This document shows, in pieces, positions 18,001-29,791 of a DNA stretch of 64,000 bases. A program made the translations under genes and the position numbers. Position 1 is the first letter of the stretch; the number at the start of each line of letters is the position of its first letter. This DNA is from Eledone cirrhosa (Eukaryota): contig OZ024741.1 in assembly GCA_964016885.1 (NCBI GenBank), forward strand, positions 81,778,001-81,842,000. Reading direction: 5' to 3'. The notes beneath the pieces are model-generated. The model worked only from the letters and a program-made list of their open reading frames with translations. It had not been told where the DNA came from and did no database searches.

Positions 18001-19320
18001 ACATGTGAAACACAGATTTACAACACAGACAACACAGATGTGAAACACAGATTTACAACACATACAACGCACATGTGAAACACAGATTTACAACACAGAC
18101 AACACACGTGTGAGACACAGATTTACAACAGAGACAACACACATGTGAAACACAGATTTACAACACACACAACACACATGTGAAACACAGATTTACAACA
18201 CAGGCAACACACATGTGAAACACAGATTTACAACACATACAACACACATGTGAAACACACATGTGAAACACAGATTTACAACACAGACAACACATATGTG
18301 AAACAGATTTACAACACATATTTACACAGATTTACAACACAGACAACACACGTGTGAGACACAGATTTACAACACAGACAACACAATGTGAAACACAGAT
18401 TTACAACACATGCAACAGACATGTGAACACAGATTTACAACACAGACAACACACGTGTTAAACACATATTTACAACAGAGACAACGCACATGTGAAACAC
18501 AGATTTACAACACACACAACACACATGTGAAACACAGATTTACAACACAGGCAACACACATGTGAAACACAGATTTACAACACATACAACACACATGTGA
18601 AACACACATGTGAAACACACATGTGAAACACAGATTTACAACACAGACAACACATATGTGAAACAGATTTACAACACATATTTACACAGATTTACAACAC
18701 AGACAACACACGTGTGAGACACAGATTTACAACACAGACAACACAATGTGAAACACAGATTTACAACACATGCAACAGACATGTGAACACAGATTTACAA
18801 CACAGACAACACACGTGTTAAACACATATTTACAACAGAGACAACGCACATGTGAAACACAGATTTACAACACATACACCACATATGTGAAACACAGATT
18901 GACAACACATACAACACACATGTGAAACACAGATTTACAACAGAGACAACACACATGTGAACCACAGATTTACAACACAGACAACACACATGTGAAACAC
19001 AGAATTACAACACAGGCAACACACATGTGAAACACAGATTTACAACACAGACAACACACATGTGAAACACAGATTTACAACACAGACAACAAACATGTGA
19101 AACACAGAATTACAACACATACAACACACATGTGAAACACAGATTTACAACACATACAACACATATGTGAAACACAGATTTACAACACATACAACAGACA
19201 TGTGAAACACAGATTTACAACACAGACAACACACATGTGAAACACAGATTTACAACACAGACAACACAATGTGAAACACAGATTTACAACACAGGAAATA
19301 CAGAAGTGAAACACCGATAT
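1..19320. repeat. 35-bp tandem satellite/minisatellite array, consensus GTGAAACACAGATTTACAACACAGACAACACACAT; runs off the left edge
   Basis: Continuous ~35-bp periodicity, A/C-rich plus strand, units decaying at ~19290-19400. Confidence 0.98.
5915..15957 (+). repeat. ~5.0-kb tandem duplication (higher-order repeat) within the satellite: ~5915-10900 and ~10901-15957
   Basis: Rare variant monomers and near-identical pseudo-ORFs recur at offset 4987 (6227/11214), then 5057 (7655/12712, 8692/13749, 10569/15626). Confidence 0.9.
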
Positions 19321-19964
19321 ATACACACTAAATACAGATTTCAAACACAGATTTCAAACATACATGCAAGATACAGGTTTAAAAGAAAGATACAGTACAC
19401 ATATGACCACCAACCCACCCAACCATTCATCAATCCCACAAAAAGAGACTTTGAAAAATCTATATGAAAATAAATAAAAACATACACCTGCAAAAGAAAA
19501 AAAAAGAATCTATATATATGGTTAGTACTTGTAGCGAGTGAAGGGTAAGCATGTGCACATTTATGTCTATATATTTTTCTGTGATCATAAATAGTGCATT
19601 TTGTTTTCAATTTGCTCTCTGGTAGAGGATAAAAGCTGTCAAATAGATTCTATTATGAGATAAAACATGAGTAAATATATAGGAGACGGAAGTTGTTTTC
19701 GAAAGGTGGGGGATATGTGGCGGCTAGTGATACTTTAGTTTGCTTTTTTTGCTTTTGTTGGAAACCATGGAAATAAAATAATTATTTTTTCACCTAAAAA
19801 AAATATTGAAGAGAAACTGCACTAGTGTTTGCTAAATATTTCTTTTATTGTTTGTTACACGCTACCTAACATTGTCCACACATCGAGTTTTAAAGAGAAA
19901 TAAAGAAACAAGAATAGTAAGAGAAATAAAACATCATAGCAGGATGTATTTCTGTGTATGTATA

Positions 19965-20130
19965 TATGCATGTATGTATGTATGTATGTATGTATGTATG
20001 TATGTATGTATGTATGTATGTATGTATGTATGTATGTATGTATGTATGTATGTATGTATGTATGTATGCATGTATGTATGCGTGTATGTATGTATGTTTG
20101 TATGTATGTATGCATGCATGTATGTATATA
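19965..20130. repeat. (TATG)n microsatellite; many other (TA)n, (CA)n, (GA)n, (ATT)n tracts occur from 20 to 64 kb
   Basis: Direct reading. Confidence 0.97.
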
Positions 20131-21884
20131 TCCATGCATGTAGTATTTATGTATGCATATATTTATATGTATGTACATGTAGATATATACATGTGTACAC
20201 GTGCGTATATGTATGTTTATGTTTATGTCTACGTATACACACACACACACCTATATATATGAGTTATAAAGAATGATAAACAACAATTACTGGTACGTCA
20301 ATGCATTTGCTCTGTAAATATAATAAATGAAAAATAACATTTTCCACAAACTAAACCGTTTCTTTATCTCATGTATTTGCTTATATGATTTTTTGTTTCA
20401 TTTTTAAAGCTGTGAAATAACTACAATGCATTTGCAGTGTAAAAAAAAGATAAGGCAAAAACAGAATAAAAACCATACAGAAAATAATATAATCACCTGA
20501 CACACATTATGCCCTATTGTTTGTTTTAACAGCAATATTTATACACGAAACAGGTTCCAGGATTGGCTCCGCGTGGCATGAAAAAGTAGCTGTATAATTG
20601 TAATTACATTTTATCGTGTGAACTTTATCGTAACAAAGCTGGTAAACCAAGGTTTATATTCTAGTATAGCTTATTTCCTGGGAAGAAATGTTCTCCACCA
20701 GGATTAAATGCCTGAGATATAGATCTCCAAAATATAGAATCTTATGGTGGTGCTCCTATGACTCTACCAGAAGGCAGGGATGGCATGTATTGCTTATTCA
20801 ACTACAAACCAATAGATATCCTCTGATATTCTGTCATACAGAAATTCATCAAGGCCACACTTTCCGTTGGATTTGAATCTAAATCTACTAATTTGGAACT
20901 AGTGACAACTCGTATCGGAAAAAGGAATTGAGCTGATCACTAGATCGGACCAAAGAAAATATATTTCCTTGATGCTTCCATTAATGATACTATATGCCAG
21001 TCGAAACCCATGGCAGAAAGAGGAGGGATTTTAACTAGGAACGCACTGAAACCGATTCAATTTATTTCATTTATTGATCTCGAAAGGATGAAAGACAAAT
21101 TTGACATAACACAGAACATATATAGTCGGACCACAACGGAGGCATTGAGTAAAACGGTCTAACAACTTTGATACTCCGCTGCCTGATACAAATTACAATA
21201 GCCAACGATGTATGTCTCGAAGTCACCCCATATATTAAAATTAGCAAAAAAGTCATTCTCAAATCGAAACTTATTGCCTTCAAAAAGAAAGGATCCTTGA
21301 AATATTTGTATATTTAAATATAAAAAAAAGGGTTTCTTTTCTTACAGGTATGTTCAATCATGCCACATCGGTATCTGTTAAAACAGCCGGTGATAGCTTT
21401 TAGCTCACTCAAGCCACTCGCAACATGTTTACTAACATGAAGTATTTTACTCTGAGTAGCACCCCAAAGCTGGTTTTAGTAATCGGAGTAGATGCAAGAC
21501 ACAGGCATTAGTGAGTACCCAGAAATAAGTTAGCGACAGATAAAATGGTTCAGAATAAAAGCGTTAAGTACTTACAAACAATATTCTACATAGACATACA
21601 TTTAATCTCGCTGCAAACATTATAAGCTGTGACCGATTCATAGCTACCTTTGTATCTGTGCAGGTGCGGTAGCTGGGATGCAATCTAACAAACTCAGAGC
21701 GACATTCAGTCTATGTTTAATTTACATAAACATGTTCTATATATAGGTAGTCCCATACACGCTTTTATCCAGAGATTAGTATTTTCTTTGAACACATATG
21801 TACTTATATCCTCAGCCACAGAACACAGTATCAACCCATTAATAATTTTATGTTCTTTATTATATCAGGATGAGGAAATACTCA

Positions 21885-22020
21885 TGGATGTGAGTCGATA
21901 AATTAAAGTATCATTTCAGAGTCTATAAATTAAAGTACCAGATTTATACTCGGGTCGATATAATCGACATTCACTTACCCAGAGTAGCCGACCTTGTGTC
22001 TATATTAGAAACCATTATTA
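21885..22020 (+). mobile_element. 3' part of tRNA-type SINE (family B variant)
   Basis: GTCGATAAATTAAAGTA...GTACCAG...GACCTTGTGTCTATATTAGAAACCATTATT resembles the central and 3' parts of the window's SINE family. Confidence 0.65.
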
Positions 22021-22210
22021 GGGTTGGTGGATTGGCAGTATCGGTAGAGAGTCGGACACCATGCTTTGAAGCATAGAGTTACGTCCCTTTATGATCTGAG
22101 TTCAAATTCGGCCGAGGTTAATTTTGCCTTACGGGGTCGATAAAATAAAGTACCAGTAATGTACTGGGTAATTGCTGGCCTTGTGCCTAAGATAGAAACA
22201 ATTATTAATA
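22021..22210 (+). mobile_element. tRNA-derived SINE (family A)
   Basis: A-box-like TGGCAGTATCGG, B-box GAGTTCAAATTC, central GGGGTCGATAAAATAAAGTACCAG, tail GGCCTTGTGCC..AGAAACAATTATT; multiple copies in the window. Confidence 0.9.
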
Positions 22211-23444
22211 AATTGTTATGTAGAAAAAGAATATAATGTATTTTCTGTAACCTGGTCAGCCGACAGTAAACGAAACCACAACCAAGAGGGATATTTTACT
22301 ATAATAACGTGATCAGTTACGTGATTATATTAAATAGCTTACATTTACATGATTTCATTTGATTTTATATGAATTCAGATAACAGTAGATATATGCAATG
22401 AATTTTATACGTCTTATGAAAGGCATTTTTTAATGCTTTCCACCCCCAAATTTATCCAGCGGTTTACCACCACATCGCTCTGTCTTGTCAGAAGCCATTT
22501 ACGGATCTTAAGCATATAATATAATAATATTTCTTAGAACTGTGCTTATGGATTATCAAGGGAATATAGTAAAGTGAAGTAAAATAATACGAAATAAGAT
22601 ATAATAAAAGTAAAGACAAATTTCCCAAAGATATGATGTTTCTGAAAATCACAAAGAAATATGAAGGATTGATGCAGGATTTTATGGTAAATGGAAATAG
22701 TATTTCAAACAGACTTTGTGGTTAGAAAAATGCCATTTCACGGCTGTAAAATAATCTATTGTCGCTTTGATTGCCTTCAGCCTTAGCAACCGCATCGATT
22801 TCTGCTTATTACACATCACTTTGTTAACTAACATGATGATGGTAAAATTTTGTCATGGTACCTTGCTGAACAACAATGGTCTCTACCAGCCTCTTCTCGT
22901 TGTATTGATATTTATTCTACGCCATTTTCCGGGAATAACAGAAATTTGCTTGGAATTTGTTTTGCTTTTCTTTTCATTTTTTATCGTTTTGTTTTTAATA
23001 TTCCCCCTTCTTTTCTCCCACTATCTCATATCCCCTCTCTCTTTTTCCCGTTTTATTTGCTTTCAACACAAGACCTGAAAAAGGGTTGACTAATAGAGAA
23101 GGTGAGAATTGAAAAGGAAAGGTAAAAGTTAAAAGAACAAGGTTGTGAGATATTTTTTATGGTTGTAGCTAAAATATCATGAATAAAGTCACACTGACAT
23201 TCAGAGAACATTTATTTGGATGATAGAACTATAGACGGAACAATACATTCTATTTGATCACCAATAGCTATGTTTAGGAACCAACCGGAATTATAATTCT
23301 ATGATTAATATCAATAAACCAACTGCAGCTACTTCAATACCTCTCTAGGGTCATTTTTTGTCACCTACCTGCATGGAGTAAATTGAAATTATAAAGCTGT
23401 CAGAGCATTGCATGCCAGCTAAATAGCAACCAATTATAAATAGG

Positions 23445-23622
23445 TTTATTCAATGCCCTGAAGAGGAAATTTGCGTTGAATCACGTTTCATTTTCGCATT
23501 TTAGCATTATTGGTTCGCGTAACATATTAATGTTTCTACAGTGAGGCATGGTTTCACATCATCCTATTTCTTTTACACTATAGGATATAATTCAGATACA
23601 AGCGTTGGGGCATTGTAATAAA
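23445..23622 (+). ncRNA. Degenerate type I hammerhead ribozyme with long stem II insert
   Basis: TTTATTCAATGCC pairs with GGCATTGTAATAAA (stem I); CTGAAGA at 23458; expected GAAA reads GATA at 23595. Confidence 0.45.
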
Positions 23623-24175
23623 CATGCAACAAAGATTGGGTGCTGAACTGGCAGAAACTACCCGCCTTTCTCGCCTAAAAATAATTATTTATATTATACT
23701 AAGTATAATATAAATGAACAGCGACGGTGGGGATTTATATAAGAAGATAATAAGAAAAAAATTAATAACAACAGAATTCTCTAATGGGGGTGGGGTGGCA
23801 GCGGCCAGAATTAATTTAGGAACACCTCACGTTCAACTTGACCTCGATCACCAAAAGTACCATAAGAGGGAGACTATTTCTAATCTAAACTCTCCACACT
23901 ATAGGTGCATGCTTAGTCTCCGACTCGCCGCAATGAGGATGGAAAGATACTAGACTAGACACACACACACGCACACACACACACGCACACACTCACACAC
24001 ACATACACACACACACATATATATGTATACATACCCATATATATATATATATATATATAGATGTATATAGACGGCCGACCGGACTAGAAACTGCTAAATG
24101 TTTGGCCGCCTTCTGGTCTATAGGCCTTTTCAGCCCCATGGATTGTGCCTATTATATTCCTTTATTAAATTTCGA

Positions 24176-24233
24176 ATACCTGATGATGTCACCGGATTCA
24201 TACTGAACCAGGTCATTGAAATGTTCATAGTGT
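24176..24233 (+). ncRNA. Minimal type I hammerhead ribozyme
   Basis: Stem I ATAC/GTGT, CTGATGA 24180-24186, imperfect stem II hairpin, GAAA 24218-24221, short stem III ATG-TT-CAT, predicted cleavage after AUA at 24229. Confidence 0.7.
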
Positions 24234-24427
24234 AATAAACCTTTAAGGAATTACACCAGTCAAGCCTCCTGTTATTTTATAATATTTGACTCCGTACTCG
24301 TACCACCAACAACACAAACGAAGACGGGTGAGTTGCATGACGTCGAGTGCTCTCCCTAATATTACATCAAGGTTGACTATACGGAATGACCAGTTCTATC
24401 CAGTGGTGAACCAACAAACCTAAATCA

Positions 24428-24530
<103 letters not shown>

Positions 24531-24534
24531 AGAG

Positions 24535-24938
24535 ATGACCCCTTAGCCTTTGTCAAGGCAGAATTTTAGGAGAAGGAAAACTCTGATATAACACCTGCAA
24601 CCCTGATGGTATCCAATGATGTTGACTTGTTCTTCTTTTTGGTAAATATCATCTTGGTTAAGAGAGTGGGACTGGCTTTGTGCAGTGCCTTTGCTCACTA
24701 TAAAAGCTTCACGGCACAGGCATTGCTTTATATCTGGAGATCTCTCTGCACTGGTCGTCACATGGTACCATGGGCCCAGCACTATGTGTCAATAATTGTC
24801 ACAAGTGTAGTGTTTGTACCAGAGTTTTCATGTCACAGGCTGGACTAAAAAGTCACACTCGTTCAGCGCATCGGTAGGGGTTCTCCTACATGGATATGAA
24901 GTAGTAGCCGTACTCGAAAACGAGTTGGCAGCCACCAT
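24535..24938 (+). mobile_element. Bipartite non-autonomous RTE derivative (5' UTR fused to the last zinc finger and 3' tail)
   Basis: 24540-24727 aligns with the RTE 5' UTR at 46843-47048. 24791-24877 translates NNCHKCSVCTRVFMSQAGLKSHTRSAHR*, matching the RTE C-terminus CRLCARHFGSLAGLKSHIRSQHC*. 24904-24938 matches the RTE 3' tail at 55511-55545. Confidence 0.88.
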
Positions 24939-25045
24939 ATATATATATATGTAAGTATGTAAAAGGTAAACAGAAATAACAACACAATCAGTACAGTATA
25001 TGGAAGGGATATATTAGGTTAACGCTTCATATAGCAGGAAGAGGG

Positions 25046-25080
25046 TCTTAACGTTTAGGACGCTTATCCTTCACCAGAAG
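25046..25080 (-). ncRNA. Degenerate minimal hammerhead motif
   Basis: Minus strand TTCTGGTGAAGGATAAGCGTCCTAAACGTTAAGA: two core substitutions from CTGATGA..GGA-loop-TCC-GAAA-CGTT, with palindromic AACGTT stem III. Confidence 0.45.
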
Positions 25081-25161
25081 AAAGAATGAGAAATAAGATA
25101 GATTGAGGGGACGAGCGGGATGGAATTGGAAAAATGTATTTTGATAAAAATAACAGTTCCA

Positions 25162-25240
<79 letters not shown>

Positions 25241-25264
25241 TTGTGCGTGTGTGTAAATATACAC

Positions 25265-26990
25265 ATGATTCCAAGGCTGCTAAGTCGAGGAGTGGCCGTG
25301 TAGATGTGCTCGGACTGCTTAAAAGATCCTCCTGGAAGCATGCGCCTCAAATTGCCTCTAGCAACCAAATCCAACTCCTGGCCTTCTCGTGTGGCTTAAC
25401 ATGCAAGTCTGGTGAAATTGTCCCTCCTGACAGAAGAAGAGACGTAGGTGGATTCTGGCGCCTTTCAAACCAGTGCTCCGGGAACTCTTCAGCCAAGAGA
25501 AGGACACTCTGAAATTAAACCTTCGCTGCCCTGCGGCTATACCCATTTATGGCAAAGGTTTGGGAAGTAATCCCCGATAATAAATCCGGAAATCAGCAGT
25601 CTACTGGGCATAAGTATGTTGTGCATGATTGACGTACGAGCAGGGTGCCAGAGGCTGCTTTTGACGGAAGGAGTGACCATTGTGCCTCATTTGACAGCTG
25701 CCGTCCACCTGAAGCTACGCAACCCCTAGTCAGTTAGGTGCTGTTGCGTCACAGCCCACATACTCCACTGGGAGCATGAAGTTTAGGGATATTAATATAG
25801 TGAATCGTGGGCTGTAAACACTACACCAAGAAAAACAATGAACAAATAAACAATGTAAGAGACCGGAATTCAGACTTGGATTTTGGAAGATACGGGCCAC
25901 TACTACTGGTCTGTCAGATGATCTTCAAATGTCCAGCGACACCCGCAAACAGCAGTTATCAATAATGAATTGTTTCGACTTCAGGTGGACATTACAGCGC
26001 TCCAGGAAATGTGGCTTACAGATTCGGGGACCCTTGGCGAGAGAAAATATACCATTTTCTAAGCAGGGGAAAGGCATCTATGAAACCAGAGAACACGGGA
26101 TCAGATTTTCCGTGAAGAATTCATTGCTGTAGATGGTGATACTCTTCAAATGTGCTTGTCAACCTTGTCAGTGCTTATGCCCCAAACCTCTATTCCACAC
26201 AAGATGACAAGGGTATGTTTTATGATCAGCTCTCAAGAAAAATACAGGCAATCCCAGACTACGACCCTCAACAACTACGTGGTCATCAATTCATCTAGTT
26301 CGGCTCTACCATCACTGACAACCTATCCCAGGACCCCAAGATCAGCAAGAGAATTGGACGAGCAACCTTCATATTAGCCGGCTGACGAAGCGAGTCTGGA
26401 AGAACATAAAACTAACCACAAATACCAAGATTGCTGTCTACAAGTGGTGTGTCCTCAGCACACTACTTTACAGCTGCAAGACATGTCTTCCACCTTTGTA
26501 GACAGACGCATTCTTGATATCAAGGGGTCCAACTGGGTCGCCAACACTGAAGTCTTCAACCGCGCCAAGACACCCAGCATATACACCTTGCTCAAACAGT
26601 GCCATCTGCACTAGCTCGGTCACGTACATCGTATGCCGGTCGAGAACATACCAAAAGACCTACTGTATGGGGAGCTGGCCACTGGCACAAGGGCACGCCA
26701 ATGATCTCATCTCTGTTTCAAAGACGCCTTTCAATGAAGTCAGTTGATCTGGACATCCAAAGATAGAGGAGGTCACCAATGATCGTCCACGATGGAGATG
26801 TGTACTGCGCAAGGGGATAGAGCGAGGGGAGGAGAAATTTAGACTTCCTTCCTAGGAAAAGCATGCTGGAAAAACGAACAACACAGTAGCTTCGGAGGAC
26901 TGCCACTCCCGTGTGGACCTGTACAGCCACAACAGACACTGCACCGCCAACAGCAGCTGAAACAAAATTCCCTATGCGCAGATCCATGGT
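25265..26990 (+). mobile_element. Old RTE-clade LINE (BovB/AviRTE-like), degraded and internally deleted
   Basis: 5' UTR motif GAGAAGGACACTCTGAAATTAAACC. Broken APE start (GLSDDLQMSSDTRK, INNELFRLQVDITALQE, LVSAYAP) jumps at ~26260 to post-RT sequence (FGSTITDNLSQDPKISKRIGRA) and ends DCHSRVDLYSHNRHC. Confidence 0.85.
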
Positions 26991-27687
26991 GTGTATATGT
27001 ATGAATACATATATTCATACTTATACAGACATACACATGTCTACTTATACATGTACATAATTATTATTAATAAAATTACTCTAATATAACAAAAAAAACT
27101 AGGAGTAGAAAACATACAGTAGCTTGATAATAAATGAGTGCAGAGTTATGATAGCTCACGGCAAGTTCAAAACGAAAAAGCGGTGTAATATTTACAACGC
27201 GGTGTATTTAGGCGTAAAGAAATCTGTTTAAATTATGTCCTTTGTTACAGTGTAGCTAATTATAATTACGTTACTTAATGATTAAGAATCGCCATGTAAT
27301 AAAGGATATTGGTTTAGGAAAGTGATTTTAGATTGTGTGGATTCGTAATATTAATTACACAACCAAACCGGTATTCACATGTATAAATATATACATTAAC
27401 TCATATACAGCCGCGTATATCATTACACTTATGAATACAGGGTATACAGTGTAATCGGTATAGGTCTCCAATTATACCATCATAATACTCAGCCATAATT
27501 CATTATTGTGTCTCAATATTTATGTAATTAAATGTGAGAAAGTTTATACTGCGCCTAAAGGACTAATAGGAATAATTAACAATTACAGTTTGGGTATCGA
27601 CTTTCGTCAAATCGGACCGAGGAAACAATGTTTCCATTGGTCTTTCCAATTGCTAATATTACCTATCGGTCGCATTTGCAGGTAGAA

Positions 27688-27800
27688 GGAGCAACATGAA
27701 ATAAAGTGTCTTGCCCAAGGGCACAACGCAATGCCAGGTTTGGGAACCGCCCCACGAATGCGAATTTAATTCTCTAACCACTCAGCCACGCGCCTTCACT
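27688..27800 (-). mobile_element. 5' part of a second tRNA-type SINE family (CORE/V-like body)
   Basis: Minus strand GTGAAGGCGCGTGGCTGAGTGGTTAGAG...GTTGTGCCCTTGGGCAAGACACTT; related head at 59700-59787. Confidence 0.7.
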
Positions 27801-28077
27801 AGTTTGGGTGCACGAGAAAAAAAAGTAGGTTGTTATTTTAAAAAGGTGTTGATGACTAGCAGCACGTTGATTGCACCAACAATATGTTCCCTATATGAAT
27901 TTAATTTGGTTATAATTCAATTGAGGTTGACATATTAGGTGTTTAGTTAAATTATTATCAATAGATATTTACATACCAACTTTCACCCACAAAATACATG
28001 CATATATATACACGTATATATAAATACAAAATATATATATTTACTTATGTATACTTATATAAACAAAAGCCCAATAT

Positions 28078-28261
28078 AATTGTTTCTACTTTTGGCACAA
28101 GGCCATAAATTACCCAGTGCATTACTGGTACTTTATTTTATCGACCCCGTAAGGATGAAAGGTAAAGTTAACCTCGGCGGGATTTGAACTCAGATCATAA
28201 AGGGAGGTAACTCTATGCTACAAAGCATGGTGTCCGACCCTCTACCAATACTGCCAATCCA
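28078..28261 (-). mobile_element. tRNA-derived SINE (family A)
   Basis: Reverse complement of the 22021-22210 element. Confidence 0.9.
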
Positions 28262-28755
28262 TGGGCTGTAATGTGCACTGACAAGTAATTATAGATTAAA
28301 TAGGAAGAAAACGAAACGAAGATGGATATTCACTGGGTTAAGTAGTCGTATAGAATGAGAATAGCCTTTAAAATTGAACTATTAAGGCTTTATTGATATA
28401 ATGTTATCAAGAAGTGTTGTTCAAAGTAGTTAAGACTCATTGGAGAGGAAAGGCTTAAACTGCCTCTAGCTCTAATACTCTAATATCATATTTATTAACT
28501 TAATAAATTTAAGTCTTTCTCCTCCATATTTATGCTCTGCTGCCCCCAATGTCCACAAAAAGAACTTTAACCCTCGGAAAACTATTTCAATTGTTTTGAA
28601 TTCCTTCAGCGTGCGTTGAGCTTTTCACACTTTACCAAAATTAATAGTGAAATATTCCATTATAATCACTTACGCGCATACACACACATACATACACACA
28701 CATATATGCATATATATATATGTGTATATATATATCGATATATATGTATGTATAT

Positions 28756-28786
<31 letters not shown>

Positions 28787-28817
28787 CACTTGTATATACA
28801 TACAGGCGTATACATGC

Positions 28818-28881
<64 letters not shown>

Positions 28882-29154
28882 TATATTCACATGTACGTAC
28901 ATACATATATAATATACTACTCATTACATAATACATAAATTCATACATACATATATACGTACACACATACATAATATACTACTCAATACACGCTTTAATA
29001 TTCTACCCAATTAAGATAGGACTCATAACGCTATTAGAATTAAATGTGGCATAGACATGAATGTCCAATCGAAGCAAAGCACAAACGTGGTATATTCTTA
29101 CATTCAGATACATAATGTTGAACAAAGTAACAAGTCAGGAAGGTTTATTAGTTA

Positions 29155-29221
29155 ATTAATTGTTTCTACGTTTGGCACAAGGCCAGTAAATACCCAGTGC
29201 ATTACTGGTACTTTATTTTAT
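29155..29221 (-). mobile_element. SINE family A, 3' fragment
   Basis: AATTGTTTCTACGTTTGGCACAAGGCC..CATTACTGGTACTTTATTTTA. Confidence 0.8.
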
Positions 29222-29791
29222 TAGTTAATAAATATTACTAAAGTGGTTGAAACGGATGTCAATATATTTTAGGGACTCATTTTGTTGTGGAACTGATAAC
29301 AGAAAGAGCTAACTGGAATGTAACGTGGAAGAAGTGTACACGAGTTGGATTTGTTAATATGGTTAATTTGAGTCGTAGATTATCTGGAAATGAGTGGAGG
29401 TTCTTTCTAAACAAGTCGAGAGGTTACTTTGTGCAATGGGAGTAGGCTATCGTCAGACCACAGGCCTTTATTAATTCTTATGAAAGTGTTTTTAATTCAT
29501 CCAGTATAAAGATGCCGATAAAAACCACTGACACCGACTGGGTCACTCGCAAACATACTGACGTTGAAAGGGGTATTAGATTTTTATTTATCCATAAAGA
29601 TCTAGCATAATACAAACAGGATTTCCTCCTCACTAATAGAGTCGAATGTTCTCACAAAGGGCAGCGCTTTTGAAATCAGTAACTTCGTAGTGGAGGCATA
29701 ATAATCTTCTATACCCAGCTGAACGGTCATGTTCGAAATTAACGGTGGCTACATCATCATCATATGCATATAGCCTATCTATCTATCTATC

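Noticed and set aside
634-18989. Cys-rich (MCCLCCKSV...) and Thr/His-rich ORFs resembling metallothionein or keratin-associated proteins
   Set aside because: They are translations of the 35-bp satellite; the unit is not a multiple of 3 and stops recur regularly.
1-19320. CRISPR-like array of ~35-bp repeats
   Set aside because: No unique spacers, no cas genes, eukaryotic context.
19848-20276. MYVC/HTYI, YI and CV repeat ORFs here and throughout 25-62 kb
   Set aside because: Microsatellite translations.
20533-21510. Possible host exons after acceptor-like sites (TTTTAACAG at 20532, TTCTTACAG at 21347)
   Set aside because: Short frames ending in stops, no recognisable protein and no consistent exon chain; transcript data would be needed.
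22021-22110. tRNA genes at SINE heads
   Set aside because: A/B boxes are present but there is no cloverleaf, and they continue into the repeated SINE body.
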